Assembly: GCA_045579005.1 (NCBI GenBank) | Contig: JAZNLJ010000071.1 | Span: 1 to 58,324, forward strand | Reading direction: 5' to 3' | Length of the DNA: 58,324 bases | Source of the DNA: Acutalibacteraceae bacterium | GTDB lineage: Bacteria > Bacillota > Clostridia > Oscillospirales > Acutalibacteraceae | Part shown: positions 27,041-35,720 of the stretch, in pieces | Layout of the letters: each line of letters begins with the position of its first letter | Position numbering within the stretch: the first letter of the stretch is position 1 | The notes under the pieces: model-generated | The model's database searches: none | What the model was told of the DNA's origin: nothing | The model's input: only the letters and a program-made list of their open reading frames with translations | Translations under genes and position numbers: made by a program

Positions 27041-27565
27041 TTGAGATATGATAACAATAAGCCAAAAATAATCCGTTATGCAATTTATACTGTTTTGCTT
27101 GTGGTGACAGCTCTGCTGCAGAATTCACGAGGGGCTTTCCCCGAAGTATTCGGTGCAAGGGCGTTTGTTGTGTTGCCCTTGTGCGTTGCAATTGCTATGC
27201 ACGAACGTGAAATTGCCGCGGCCGTTTTTGGCGTGGCGGCAGGTGTTCTGCTTGATATATGTACCGCCAACGACGGCTTCAATTCCGTTGTTCTGATGCT
27301 CCTTTGTGCTGTTTGTAGTCTGCTTATAAGCCACTTTATGCAGAACAATGTGGTAACATCGCTTGTTCTTTCGGCAGGTACAATCAGTGCATACAATATA
27401 TTGTACGTTATTGCGAATCTTGTTCCTGCGGGAGGCGGAAGCTCCGTGAGACAATTACTTTTGTTCTATCTGCCGTCAGCGGTATATACTATGATATTTG
27501 TTCCCATCTATTATTATATTGTCAGATGGATTTGGGGAAAGGCCGAGGAATCGGGCAACAGATGA
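27041..27565 (+). CDS. mreD: Rod shape-determining protein MreD
   Basis: Small five-TM protein directly after mreC. I prefer the TTG at 27041, 6-7 nt after AAGAGGTGA, over the track GTG at 27032, which overlaps the RBS. Confidence 0.7.
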   Translation: MRYDNNKPKIIRYAIYTVLLVVTALLQNSRGAFPEVFGARAFVVLPLCVAIAMHEREIAAAVFGVAAGVLLDICTANDGFNSVVLMLLCAVCSLLISHFMQNNVVTSLVLSAGTISAYNILYVIANLVPAGGGSSVRQLLLFYLPSAVYTMIFVPIYYYIVRWIWGKAEESGNR

Positions 27566-27582
27566 AGTAAGTAGGTATCAGA

Positions 27583-29688
27583 ATGTCTATTGAATTGCGA
27601 AGAAAGAGAACAGTTTTAGGTATCATCATAATAGCGGTGGGATTTCTTCTGCTTGTGGGTGCACTTGTTAAAACACAGCTTATTGACGGTGACGAGTATA
27701 AGGCAGCGGCCAAGAGCCTGTCCGTGTCATCAAGCAAGGTTACAGCATCCCGTGGTGAGATAGTGGATTGTAACGGTAACCCTCTTGTCGGAAACAGGCA
27801 GGGTAATTCTGTTGTGTTCAAATATAGTGAATTTCCCGAGGCAAAGGACCAGAAGGCACGAAATGAACTTATCTATTCACTTATAAAGCTTTTTGAGGAA
27901 AATAAGCTTGAGTGGTTGGACAGATTACCCATTGTATATGAGAAGAATAAGCTTGTAGTTGATAAGGATAAAAAGGCAGAGTTTACCTATATGGTATCGG
28001 AAACCATGCTTGAACTGGAGAAGGGTGAAAAAGCAACTCCCGAGGAATGCCTTGATGCACTTATTGAACGATACGGACTTGAAGGATATAAGAGAGTGGA
28101 TGCACGAAAAATTGCTTCCGTGTGCTTCGGAATGAAGTATTTGTCATTTTCAACCGTATCACCCTACACCTTTGCAGAGGATGTGCCTACGGAGATAATT
28201 TCAATCATTATGGAAAAGAGTGCAGCTTATCCCGGTGTTACCTCCGAAAGTGTCAGCTACCGTGAATATGCGGATAAGGAAAGCTTTTCGCATCTTTTAG
28301 GTGTGGTTGGTTCAATCAGCTCCGATGAATATAAAAGCGAACAGACAAAGCTTGATGAGAAACTTAATGACGATTCGCTTACAGCTTCGGAAATTACCAC
28401 TCTTAAAAATAACGCCTATTCTCTTGATGATACCTATGGCAAAAGCGGTATTGAGGGCACTATGGAGCAATATCTTAGGGGTACTAATGGTATCAGGACA
28501 ACAACCACTGCTTCCGACGGAACTGTGTCCGAGGATTACCAGATTAAGCCCGTGCAAGGTGATACTGTTGTTACAACTATTGATGCAGGCCTCCAGAAGG
28601 TGGCACAGGATGCCCTTGCAGAGATGCTTATTGATAATAAGAATTCCTATTATTTTGATACCGCAGGTGCAATGGTTGTTCTTGATTGCAATACGGGTGC
28701 GGTTCTTGCAGCGGTAAGTCTGCCCACCTATGATATAACAACCTATTTCAAGAACTATGATAAGCTTGCAAATGACAAAAACAGTCCTTTGTGGAACAGA
28801 GGTCTGCAGAGTGCATACGCCCCCGGTTCAACAATGAAGCCTGCGATTGCGCTTGCAGGTCTTGAGGAAGGTACAATTAATATTAACAGCGGTTATTATT
28901 GCGGTGGTACATTACAGGTTGAGGACCAGACCTTTGGCTGTCTGTCAACTCACGGTGGCTTGAATGTTACTACGGCTATACAGAAATCCTGCAATATCTT
29001 CTTCTTCGAGTTAGGTCGTGAATTAGGTATTGATAAAATGAATAAGTACTGTAATCTCCTGGGGCTCGGTCAGAAAACGGGTATTGAGCTACCCGAGGCA
29101 GAGGGTATGCTTGCAAGCATTGCCAATAAAGAAGCTAACGGTATGGTGTGGAATCCCGGTGATACCGTTCAGGCTGCAATCGGTCAGTCCGATAACCTTT
29201 TCACACCCCTTCAGCTTGCAAACTACTGTGCAACAATTGCAAACGGTGGCACAAGATATCAGCCGTATATAATAAAATCAGTATTATCCTCAGATATGTC
29301 CGAGGTTGTGTATGAAACAGAGCCTACTGTTATTAATACACTCAACGTAAACAAGAAAAACCTTGATATTGTAAAACAGGGTATGCATCAGGTTATCAGC
29401 GATAGCTGCGACGTATATTTCAGGAATTGTATTGTTGATGCCGCAGGCAAAACAGGTACCTCACAGCTTAATCGTACCACAGAGGGCGGTGTGAGTATGA
29501 AGTGCAACAACGGTTTTTTCATTTCCTTTGCACCTTATGATAACCCTGAAATTGCTATTGCAATCGTTGCGGAAAATGCTCTCAGCGGTTCAAGAACCTC
29601 TCAGGCGGCTGTGCCTGTTTATAACTATTATTTCGGGCAGAAAACAAGCGTTGATACTGCCCCTGCTCCTAATACGCTTATAGGGTGA
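27583..29688 (+). CDS. mrdA: Penicillin-binding protein 2 (elongasome transpeptidase)
   Basis: N-terminal TM, a PBP dimerisation domain, and the transpeptidase motifs STMKP (SxxK), SCN (SxN) and KTGTS (KTG). Confidence 0.88.
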   Translation: MSIELRRKRTVLGIIIIAVGFLLLVGALVKTQLIDGDEYKAAAKSLSVSSSKVTASRGEIVDCNGNPLVGNRQGNSVVFKYSEFPEAKDQKARNELIYSLIKLFEENKLEWLDRLPIVYEKNKLVVDKDKKAEFTYMVSETMLELEKGEKATPEECLDALIERYGLEGYKRVDARKIASVCFGMKYLSFSTVSPYTFAEDVPTEIISIIMEKSAAYPGVTSESVSYREYADKESFSHLLGVVGSISSDEYKSEQTKLDEKLNDDSLTASEITTLKNNAYSLDDTYGKSGIEGTMEQYLRGTNGIRTTTTASDGTVSEDYQIKPVQGDTVVTTIDAGLQKVAQDALAEMLIDNKNSYYFDTAGAMVVLDCNTGAVLAAVSLPTYDITTYFKNYDKLANDKNSPLWNRGLQSAYAPGSTMKPAIALAGLEEGTININSGYYCGGTLQVEDQTFGCLSTHGGLNVTTAIQKSCNIFFFELGRELGIDKMNKYCNLLGLGQKTGIELPEAEGMLASIANKEANGMVWNPGDTVQAAIGQSDNLFTPLQLANYCATIANGGTRYQPYIIKSVLSSDMSEVVYETEPTVINTLNVNKKNLDIVKQGMHQVISDSCDVYFRNCIVDAAGKTGTSQLNRTTEGGVSMKCNNGFFISFAPYDNPEIAIAIVAENALSGSRTSQAAVPVYNYYFGQKTSVDTAPAPNTLIG

Positions 29689-29689
29689 T

Positions 29690-30412
29690 ATGATGAAAAT
29701 TATTGCTGTTGCATCTGCCAAAGGCGGTGTGGGTAAATCCACTTTTTGCTGTAGTGTGGGTAAAATGCTTGCTCTTCACAATCAGAGGGTTTTGCTTGTG
29801 GATATGGATATCGGTGTGAGAAGTCTTGACATCCTCCTCGGTGTTGCCGAAAAAACGGTTTACAACTGGGGTGATGTTATAAAGGGTAACTGCGAGTACA
29901 GGAAAGCAGTAATTGAGATATCAAACGGTCTCTACCTTATGGCAGCTCCCATTGATTTCTGCGATGAATACACCACAGAAAGCTTTCAAACAATGCTTGC
30001 ATCATTTGAAAAGGACTTTGATTATATAATCCTTGATGCGCCGGCAGGACTAGAAAGCGGTTTCAGATTTTGCGGTGGTGTGGCGGATTGTTGTGTTGTA
30101 ATGTCAACACCCGATCCCATAAGCATCCGTGCGGCAACCTATGCGGCACAGAGTATGCGCACTATGGGTATAAGGAATATCAGGCTTGTAATCAATAAAT
30201 TCAACAAAAAGCTTCACAAAAAAATCGATGTTGATGAATTTATTGATACCGTAGGAGCACGATTTCTCGGTGTAATACCCGAAAGTGAAGAAATTTACCG
30301 CTTTGTGAACGGCGAGAAAATTCCGTATAACAGTAAGGGGAACCAGGCGTTTTTGCGTATTTCTCAGCGACTTGAGGATAAAAACGTTCCCTTCCGTGTG
30401 AAAAATCTTTGA
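29690..30412 (+). CDS. MinD/ParA-family P-loop ATPase (MinD-like, short form)
   Basis: Deviant Walker A SAKGGVGKST, Switch I/II (DMDIGVRSLD, ILDAPAG). 240 aa. I see no recognisable C-terminal amphipathic membrane-targeting helix. Confidence 0.7.
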   Translation: MMKIIAVASAKGGVGKSTFCCSVGKMLALHNQRVLLVDMDIGVRSLDILLGVAEKTVYNWGDVIKGNCEYRKAVIEISNGLYLMAAPIDFCDEYTTESFQTMLASFEKDFDYIILDAPAGLESGFRFCGGVADCCVVMSTPDPISIRAATYAAQSMRTMGIRNIRLVINKFNKKLHKKIDVDEFIDTVGARFLGVIPESEEIYRFVNGEKIPYNSKGNQAFLRISQRLEDKNVPFRVKNL

Positions 30413-30484
30413 TTTTTCCATTGACTTTTTTGCCTATGGTTGTATAATAAGGTTGCTCGAAGAAAAGTAGCTACACTTCGCGCC

Positions 30485-30645
30485 GAAAATAAAACAGGGG
30501 AGCTGACGGACGTCGGCTGAGAAAGAAAACATCCCTTTTCTGACCCTAATAACCTGATGCGGATAATGCCGTCGTAGGAAAAATATTCTTCTGTAAGACT
30601 CTCCCTATGGCTGTGTTACCGCCGTAGGGAGATTTTAATTCGGAG
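30485..30645 (+). promoter_or_regulatory. TPP (THI-box) riboswitch with terminator expression platform
   Basis: Aptamer: ACAGGGGAGC..GGCTGAGA..ACCCTAATAACCTGATGCGGATAATGCCGTCGTAGGAA. This is followed by CTCCCTATGGC...GCCGTAGGGAG plus ATTTTAATT, immediately upstream of thiT. Confidence 0.88.
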
Positions 30646-30654
30646 GAATTTTAA

Positions 30655-31257
30655 ATGAAAGAACTTACAAAAAAGCAAAAAATAAGACGTGTTGCCGAGA
30701 GTGCTGTTATGCTGGCTCTTGCAACGGTTCTGTCAGAATTTGCAGTATTCAAGCTGCCGTATGGTGGCAGTGTGACCTTGTTCAGTCAGGTGCCCATGGT
30801 TGCACTTTCATATCGTTACGGTATTAAGTGGGGCACATTTTCAGGTATGGTAATGGGCGTTATTCAGATGCTGTTCGGTTTGGGTAACTTCTCCTATGTC
30901 AGCGGAGTTGCGGCATATCTTATATTGATATTTGCCGACTACGTCATAGCCTTTGGTTGCCTTGGCTTTGGCGGAATGTTCAGGGAGAAAATTGAAAATC
31001 CCGCTCTTGCCCTTGCTTTCGGTGGCGGTGTGGTATCGATTATAAGATTTTTATGCCACTTTGTAAGCGGTGTGACAATCTGGGGTGACTACTCAGGCGG
31101 TGCTGTGAGTGCCCTGTGGTATTCTGTTACATATAATGCAAGCTATATGTTGCCTGAGCTCATAATCACTCTTGTGGGGTGTGGTGTAATTGGTGGTTTG
31201 GTGGACCTTTCATCACCTGAGATGAGAATGCGCAGACTAACCAAAAAGGCAGAATAA
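30655..31257 (+). CDS. thiT: ECF-transporter S component for thiamine (ThiT)
   Basis: 200-aa six-TM protein (LPYGGSVTLFSQVP, WYSVTYNASYMLPE) under a TPP riboswitch. Confidence 0.83.
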   Translation: MKELTKKQKIRRVAESAVMLALATVLSEFAVFKLPYGGSVTLFSQVPMVALSYRYGIKWGTFSGMVMGVIQMLFGLGNFSYVSGVAAYLILIFADYVIAFGCLGFGGMFREKIENPALALAFGGGVVSIIRFLCHFVSGVTIWGDYSGGAVSALWYSVTYNASYMLPELIITLVGCGVIGGLVDLSSPEMRMRRLTKKAE

Positions 31258-31360
31258 AGTAAATAATTTGTAAACCTCCTGAAGATATATCTAAAACTAT
31301 TTGAAATTTAATGGAAATAGTGGTAGAATGATATAGTATATCTGAAAGGAGGTTCTTTTT

Positions 31361-32818
31361 ATGAGTGACAAAGATTTGGAACTTCAGAACGAGAACACCG
31401 TCTCCGCAGGGGATAACCCTGAGTTGGAGGAAAAAGCCGCCAAGAAATTCAGCGGTGAAAAAGCGTACAGGAAATCAGAGCTTGACGAAGAACTTGAGTT
31501 TCTTGCACAGACCTTCCGTGAAGAACTGAAAAAAGCACAGGAGCAGGGTGAGGAGTTTTTTGAGGATGAGGAAGGCGTTATTCCCGAGGATGAGCTTTGT
31601 GAATGCTGTGGCGAGTGTCGCAAGGATAAATCATTTGGCGAAAACTATCCTTATTGTGCGGAGTGTCGTGATGCAATGACCCGCTACCCCATAAGCTGGT
31701 ATAATATTGTTATCACTATTGCACTTGTGGCACTTTCTGTTATGTCATGTGCAACATTCTTCGGTGACTTTGATGGATATTATTATACCTATCTTGGCGA
31801 AAAGGCGGAGTCACAGCGTAAGATGACTACTGCAATTGCTAATTATGATACTGCAATAAGCATATTTGACAAAGAGGAAATCAATGCCAAGGGTGTTAAG
31901 CTCAAGTGCGCTGATGCTGTTTATGAAACAATGGGCGAGGGAGTGTCGTCAATGGATAAGGTTTCTGACCTTATATCTGACGCACTTTCTGAATTTGATA
32001 CAAAGCTTCCTATGTACAAGAGCTACGTTGACCTTCGTGATGAGGTTATGGTTCTTTACGGTACAATGCAGAAGTTCTATCTTGTTGTAAATGACTCAAA
32101 GTATGCTGACTTTGAAAATAAGGAAGTATATGAAGAAGCGATGACTGCTATCGGTTCTCTTATTGACGAAGAAATTCAGGTAAAAACTATGTATGGCAAT
32201 GGCTTGAAAACTTATCCTGCCGATGAAGCCATAGTAAGATTTTGTCAGTTTATGTATGCATATACAGCCGGTAATCACGAGGATTCTTATCAGTATATGC
32301 GCAAGGTTGAAGAGCTAAAGCCCGGTTATCTGTGGCTTTATGCGTATGAATTGGGCCTTGTGGATGCACAGACGGGCGATGTGAAGTCTGCCAAAGAACT
32401 TGCTCAGGCTATGTATGAAAATGATATAGAATACTATGGCTCATATTGTGTGTATGCCTGTGCAGAGAGACTTTCAGGTAACCTGGATAAATCAATCAAT
32501 TGGGCTGATAAAGGTATCGAAAATGTACCTGACAGCAGCGAAATCCGTCGCCATAAGGCAATGGCGCTTGCGATTAAGGGTGAGTTGGATGAAGCGAAGA
32601 TTGTTCTTGAAGAAGCTAATAAGCTTGAACAAAACGGCTTGCTCAGTATTACCCTCCTTGTTGTTGAAAATGAATTGGGTAATGCTGATGCCGTGAAGGA
32701 AATCAAAACCTATCTTGAAGAAAACAATGTTGAAATTCCACAACGCACGCAGGAGTATCTCAGCGGTAAGCTTACTTTACAGAAATTGTTCGGGGAAGGG
32801 ACAGGTGATATCGAATGA
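31361..32818 (+). CDS. Hypothetical protein: acidic N-terminus, Cys4 zinc ribbon, one TM helix, TPR-like C-terminal domain
   Basis: CECCGEC...YCAECRD, then IVITIALVALSVMSCATFF, then helical repeats with a TPR-like A/Y/L pattern. Confidence 0.6.
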   Translation: MSDKDLELQNENTVSAGDNPELEEKAAKKFSGEKAYRKSELDEELEFLAQTFREELKKAQEQGEEFFEDEEGVIPEDELCECCGECRKDKSFGENYPYCAECRDAMTRYPISWYNIVITIALVALSVMSCATFFGDFDGYYYTYLGEKAESQRKMTTAIANYDTAISIFDKEEINAKGVKLKCADAVYETMGEGVSSMDKVSDLISDALSEFDTKLPMYKSYVDLRDEVMVLYGTMQKFYLVVNDSKYADFENKEVYEEAMTAIGSLIDEEIQVKTMYGNGLKTYPADEAIVRFCQFMYAYTAGNHEDSYQYMRKVEELKPGYLWLYAYELGLVDAQTGDVKSAKELAQAMYENDIEYYGSYCVYACAERLSGNLDKSINWADKGIENVPDSSEIRRHKAMALAIKGELDEAKIVLEEANKLEQNGLLSITLLVVENELGNADAVKEIKTYLEENNVEIPQRTQEYLSGKLTLQKLFGEGTGDIE

Positions 32819-33375
32819 CAACTGTTTACGTGGTTACGCGTGTTCTCACGTTCTTCGGTACATACCTGAGAACCTTCTGGGAGCACGTTGTGTGCAGAAT
32901 TTGTAAAATCCCTGCAGAAGATGTAAGGGCGTTTAAATTTGATGAGCTTTGCGGTCACGTTGAGCACGAAATAATCAGAAAAACGAGCCACGCCTTCCTT
33001 ATGTGCTGGTTACCATTCACACTTAATTTCATTATAGGTACAATGTTCCTGCTCACGGGAGCATACAGAGTTTTCTATATTGGTGAAACATCATTGACAA
33101 GCTTCGGTGTGTTGTGGCTTGGTATTTCCTGCCTGGCAAACTGTGCTCCTTCATTTGAGGATATGCTTTCTTTTAAGGATTGTGTCTACGGTGGGTCGAA
33201 CAAAGCGCTTAAGGTAATTCTTGCACCGCTTTTTGGAGTGGTTTGTGCAATGGCTTGCCTCGAAAAATATTCACTTACGTTTATTTTATCAATAGTATAT
33301 GCAGTGGTTTTCCCTCACTTTTTCTCCGTGGGTTTCCATGCATTACACAGATTGATAGTGCTGGTAACTAACTGA
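32815..33375 (+). CDS. Hypothetical polytopic membrane protein
   Basis: 186 aa with four or five hydrophobic segments. It has an ATGA overlap with the upstream gene, suggesting translational coupling. Confidence 0.55.
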   Translation: MTTVYVVTRVLTFFGTYLRTFWEHVVCRICKIPAEDVRAFKFDELCGHVEHEIIRKTSHAFLMCWLPFTLNFIIGTMFLLTGAYRVFYIGETSLTSFGVLWLGISCLANCAPSFEDMLSFKDCVYGGSNKALKVILAPLFGVVCAMACLEKYSLTFILSIVYAVVFPHFFSVGFHALHRLIVLVTN

Positions 33376-33381
33376 AAAACA

Positions 33382-33420
33382 GGGCTCGCTCCGATTATCG
33401 GAACGAGCCTTTACTTTTTA
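33382..33420. terminator. Bidirectional terminator between convergent genes
   Basis: GGCTCGCTCCG-attat-CGGAACGAGCC has one mismatch and is followed by TTTACTTTTT. Confidence 0.6.
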
Positions 33421-34428
33421 CATTGCTTTTTCAAATATCAGGATTTCATTTTCGGTAAACTCTGTTACAATTCCGTCCCTGTGCTCTGTTGAGAGTATGG
33501 GGACCTTTGCGGTCATTGTAAGGTTCCATTTTACGTTAGGGTAAATCTTGCCGATGTAGTTGGTGCAGATGGCAATGTCGGGCGTTACTTTTTTCAAGAA
33601 ATCATTTGATGATGAGCCGAAATAACCGTGATGACCTATTTTCAAAAGGTCAATATCACCAATTTGGTCTCCATAAAGCTCTTCAAGACCTGTTGTCTTG
33701 GTGAAATCTGCCGCAAGAAAAGCGGATTTTTCACCCTTTTGGAGCTTAATGCCAACGCTGTTGGCATTATCACCTTCGTTTGCCAATTCCGCAGGAGTGA
33801 CAGTGTTTATGAATTGCAACGTGAAATCACCAAAACGGAAAGGCTCGGAGGGCAAATCGCTTATAACGGAGATGTTTTTGTTGTTGAGGGCAGAGATAAT
33901 ATCATCATATATCTGCTTATTTCCCCAGGCTTCAGATTCTGTTTCGGTAAAGGTGCTTTCATTGTATTCCTTAATATATGCCTTACCGATTGAAATATTA
34001 CTGTCTTTAATAATACCTTCAAAGTTGCCTGAGTGGTCATAATGCATGTGGGTGGCAAGTATAAAATCAAAGTAGACGATGCCGGTTTTGTCGGCACAAT
34101 TCTTTTTGATGTAATCAAGGACTTCCTTTTTGTAGCCTTTATACTCTGTTTTCCTTCGGGGATTGTTGTCGCCCTCACCTGAGTCGATAAGGGCGAATCT
34201 GCCATTGCTCTCAATGATTATACAGTCGGAGTTTGCCGTGTTGAGGAAATGTATCCTGTCAGCGGTTACGGATTTTTCGTTGGAATAGGGCAAAATGGTC
34301 AGGCTGTTTACATATTTGTTTGCCAGAGCAACCGTGATAATGTCAAGAACGAAAACAGAAACCATTATTCCCGTTACAACCCAGGTTGCAACAATTCTTG
34401 CTATTTTCTTTTTTCTTTCGGGAGTCAT
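33418..34428 (-). CDS. Membrane-anchored extracytoplasmic MBL-fold metallo-hydrolase (ComEC C-terminal-domain-like)
   Basis: N-terminal anchor (IARIVATWVVTGIMVSVFVL). HxHxDH motif ATHMHYDHSGN and distal HHG (LLKIGHHGY). I chose the ATG at 34428, which forms an ATGA overlap with the upstream stop. Confidence 0.78.
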   Translation of the reverse strand: MTPERKKKIARIVATWVVTGIMVSVFVLDIITVALANKYVNSLTILPYSNEKSVTADRIHFLNTANSDCIIIESNGRFALIDSGEGDNNPRRKTEYKGYKKEVLDYIKKNCADKTGIVYFDFILATHMHYDHSGNFEGIIKDSNISIGKAYIKEYNESTFTETESEAWGNKQIYDDIISALNNKNISVISDLPSEPFRFGDFTLQFINTVTPAELANEGDNANSVGIKLQKGEKSAFLAADFTKTTGLEELYGDQIGDIDLLKIGHHGYFGSSSNDFLKKVTPDIAICTNYIGKIYPNVKWNLTMTAKVPILSTEHRDGIVTEFTENEILIFEKAM

Positions 34429-35552
34429 ATCTTTTCCCCCTTTCTGCGGCCAATAAGCTCTGCTAGAATCCACAGAATCACACATAGGATTACTGCGAAG
34501 AACACGGGCAGAACTATAAAGGCGGTTGAGCAAAGAATCAATAACAGGAATTTTATAATGTTTTTCTCTTTAAGTGTAGTCGTCAGGGACTTGAATGACG
34601 TGTGTTGCCAGGCTGAAACTATAAGCATTGCACCGGCACAGGGGAGAGGGAGCCTGTAAATAAGCGAGGGAAACAAGGCGATTAAAGTAAAGGATACTAT
34701 AATGGCTACCACGGGTGAAACACCTGATAAATTCACCGAATTACAAGGGATTGCAGGGTTTACCGTGAAGAATTTATATATGGAATTCCCTGTGGAGTTC
34801 TGTGACAGTACATATAAAATGAAACCTGTTGAAAAGCTTGCGGACAACAATCCTGCAATGTCTGAAATATCGGAAATGTTTAAAAAGCCGCTATAAAGCT
34901 CAATTCCCGAATATTCATTTGTGGTGGTGTATGCAGGGTCGGGATTTAAAATGAGGTTGAGCACAAAAGGCAGCACAATAGTAACAAATTCTGCAGGGAT
35001 AATATTCTTGAGTCTGCGGAATTTGAAGGGGTAGGTGATCATTGTGAAAAGGGTTATTGTACCGTAGAGAAGCCCTCTGAAATCAGGGTGAAATCCAAGT
35101 GAACGATATGACCTGAGCATTTCAAGTGGAGTGAAGCCTGATGCACCGATTCCGAAATATGCGTTAGTAAAAAGTATGGTGGTGCAAAGAGCAAGCCCTA
35201 TATAACATCCGCCCGTAATGAAGTCGGGTAGTTTCTTACTTTTCGTCATATTATTCAAGGCAAAACAGATAAGACTGCCAAGTGCAAGGCTTACGGCAGA
35301 GCCGAGGAGTGAATTGAATTGCAGGAGAAAAACGAAGATTACCGCAAGCAAGGATGAGGGCGTGTAAACTGATTTTTTCCCGATTGATGCCATAGTGAAA
35401 AGTGCGGTGAAAATGAGCACAACAAAAATACCCTGGTTAAGAACTGCACAAAGGCATAAGCAAGTAGCACCTGTTACACCCGCCGCAGTCAAGCCAAAGC
35501 CAACCTGTCCTGTTAAGTTGTAAGTATTTGTTTTTTTCATAAAAAATACCAT
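34425..35552 (-). CDS. SulP-like permease core without STAS domain (putative anion transporter)
   Basis: About 11 hydrophobic segments. GIGASGFTPLEML and LPLPCAGAMLIVSAWQ resemble the Sulfate_transp family. The start is ambiguous (ATG 35552 or 35540) and neither has a clear SD. Confidence 0.55.
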   Translation of the reverse strand: MVFFMKKTNTYNLTGQVGFGLTAAGVTGATCLCLCAVLNQGIFVVLIFTALFTMASIGKKSVYTPSSLLAVIFVFLLQFNSLLGSAVSLALGSLICFALNNMTKSKKLPDFITGGCYIGLALCTTILFTNAYFGIGASGFTPLEMLRSYRSLGFHPDFRGLLYGTITLFTMITYPFKFRRLKNIIPAEFVTIVLPFVLNLILNPDPAYTTTNEYSGIELYSGFLNISDISDIAGLLSASFSTGFILYVLSQNSTGNSIYKFFTVNPAIPCNSVNLSGVSPVVAIIVSFTLIALFPSLIYRLPLPCAGAMLIVSAWQHTSFKSLTTTLKEKNIIKFLLLILCSTAFIVLPVFFAVILCVILWILAELIGRRKGEKI

Positions 35553-35651
35553 TTGAATTGAGTTTTACACTATTTTACAGTATTTATACGAAATAAACAA
35601 TATTAATTAACAAGTTTTTTGATTATGTTCGTCACAATTCAATTAAATGTG

Positions 35652-35680
35652 TTGACATTTCTCATAACTTATCTTATAAT
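35652..35680 (+). promoter_or_regulatory. Consensus sigma-A promoter
   Basis: TTGACA (35652-35657), exactly 17 nt, then TATAAT (35675-35680). It lies 41 nt upstream of the ATG at 35721. Confidence 0.6.
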
Positions 35681-35720
35681 AATGTGGACTAAATGCGAAA
35701 TAGGAATGGAGTGCGCATAT

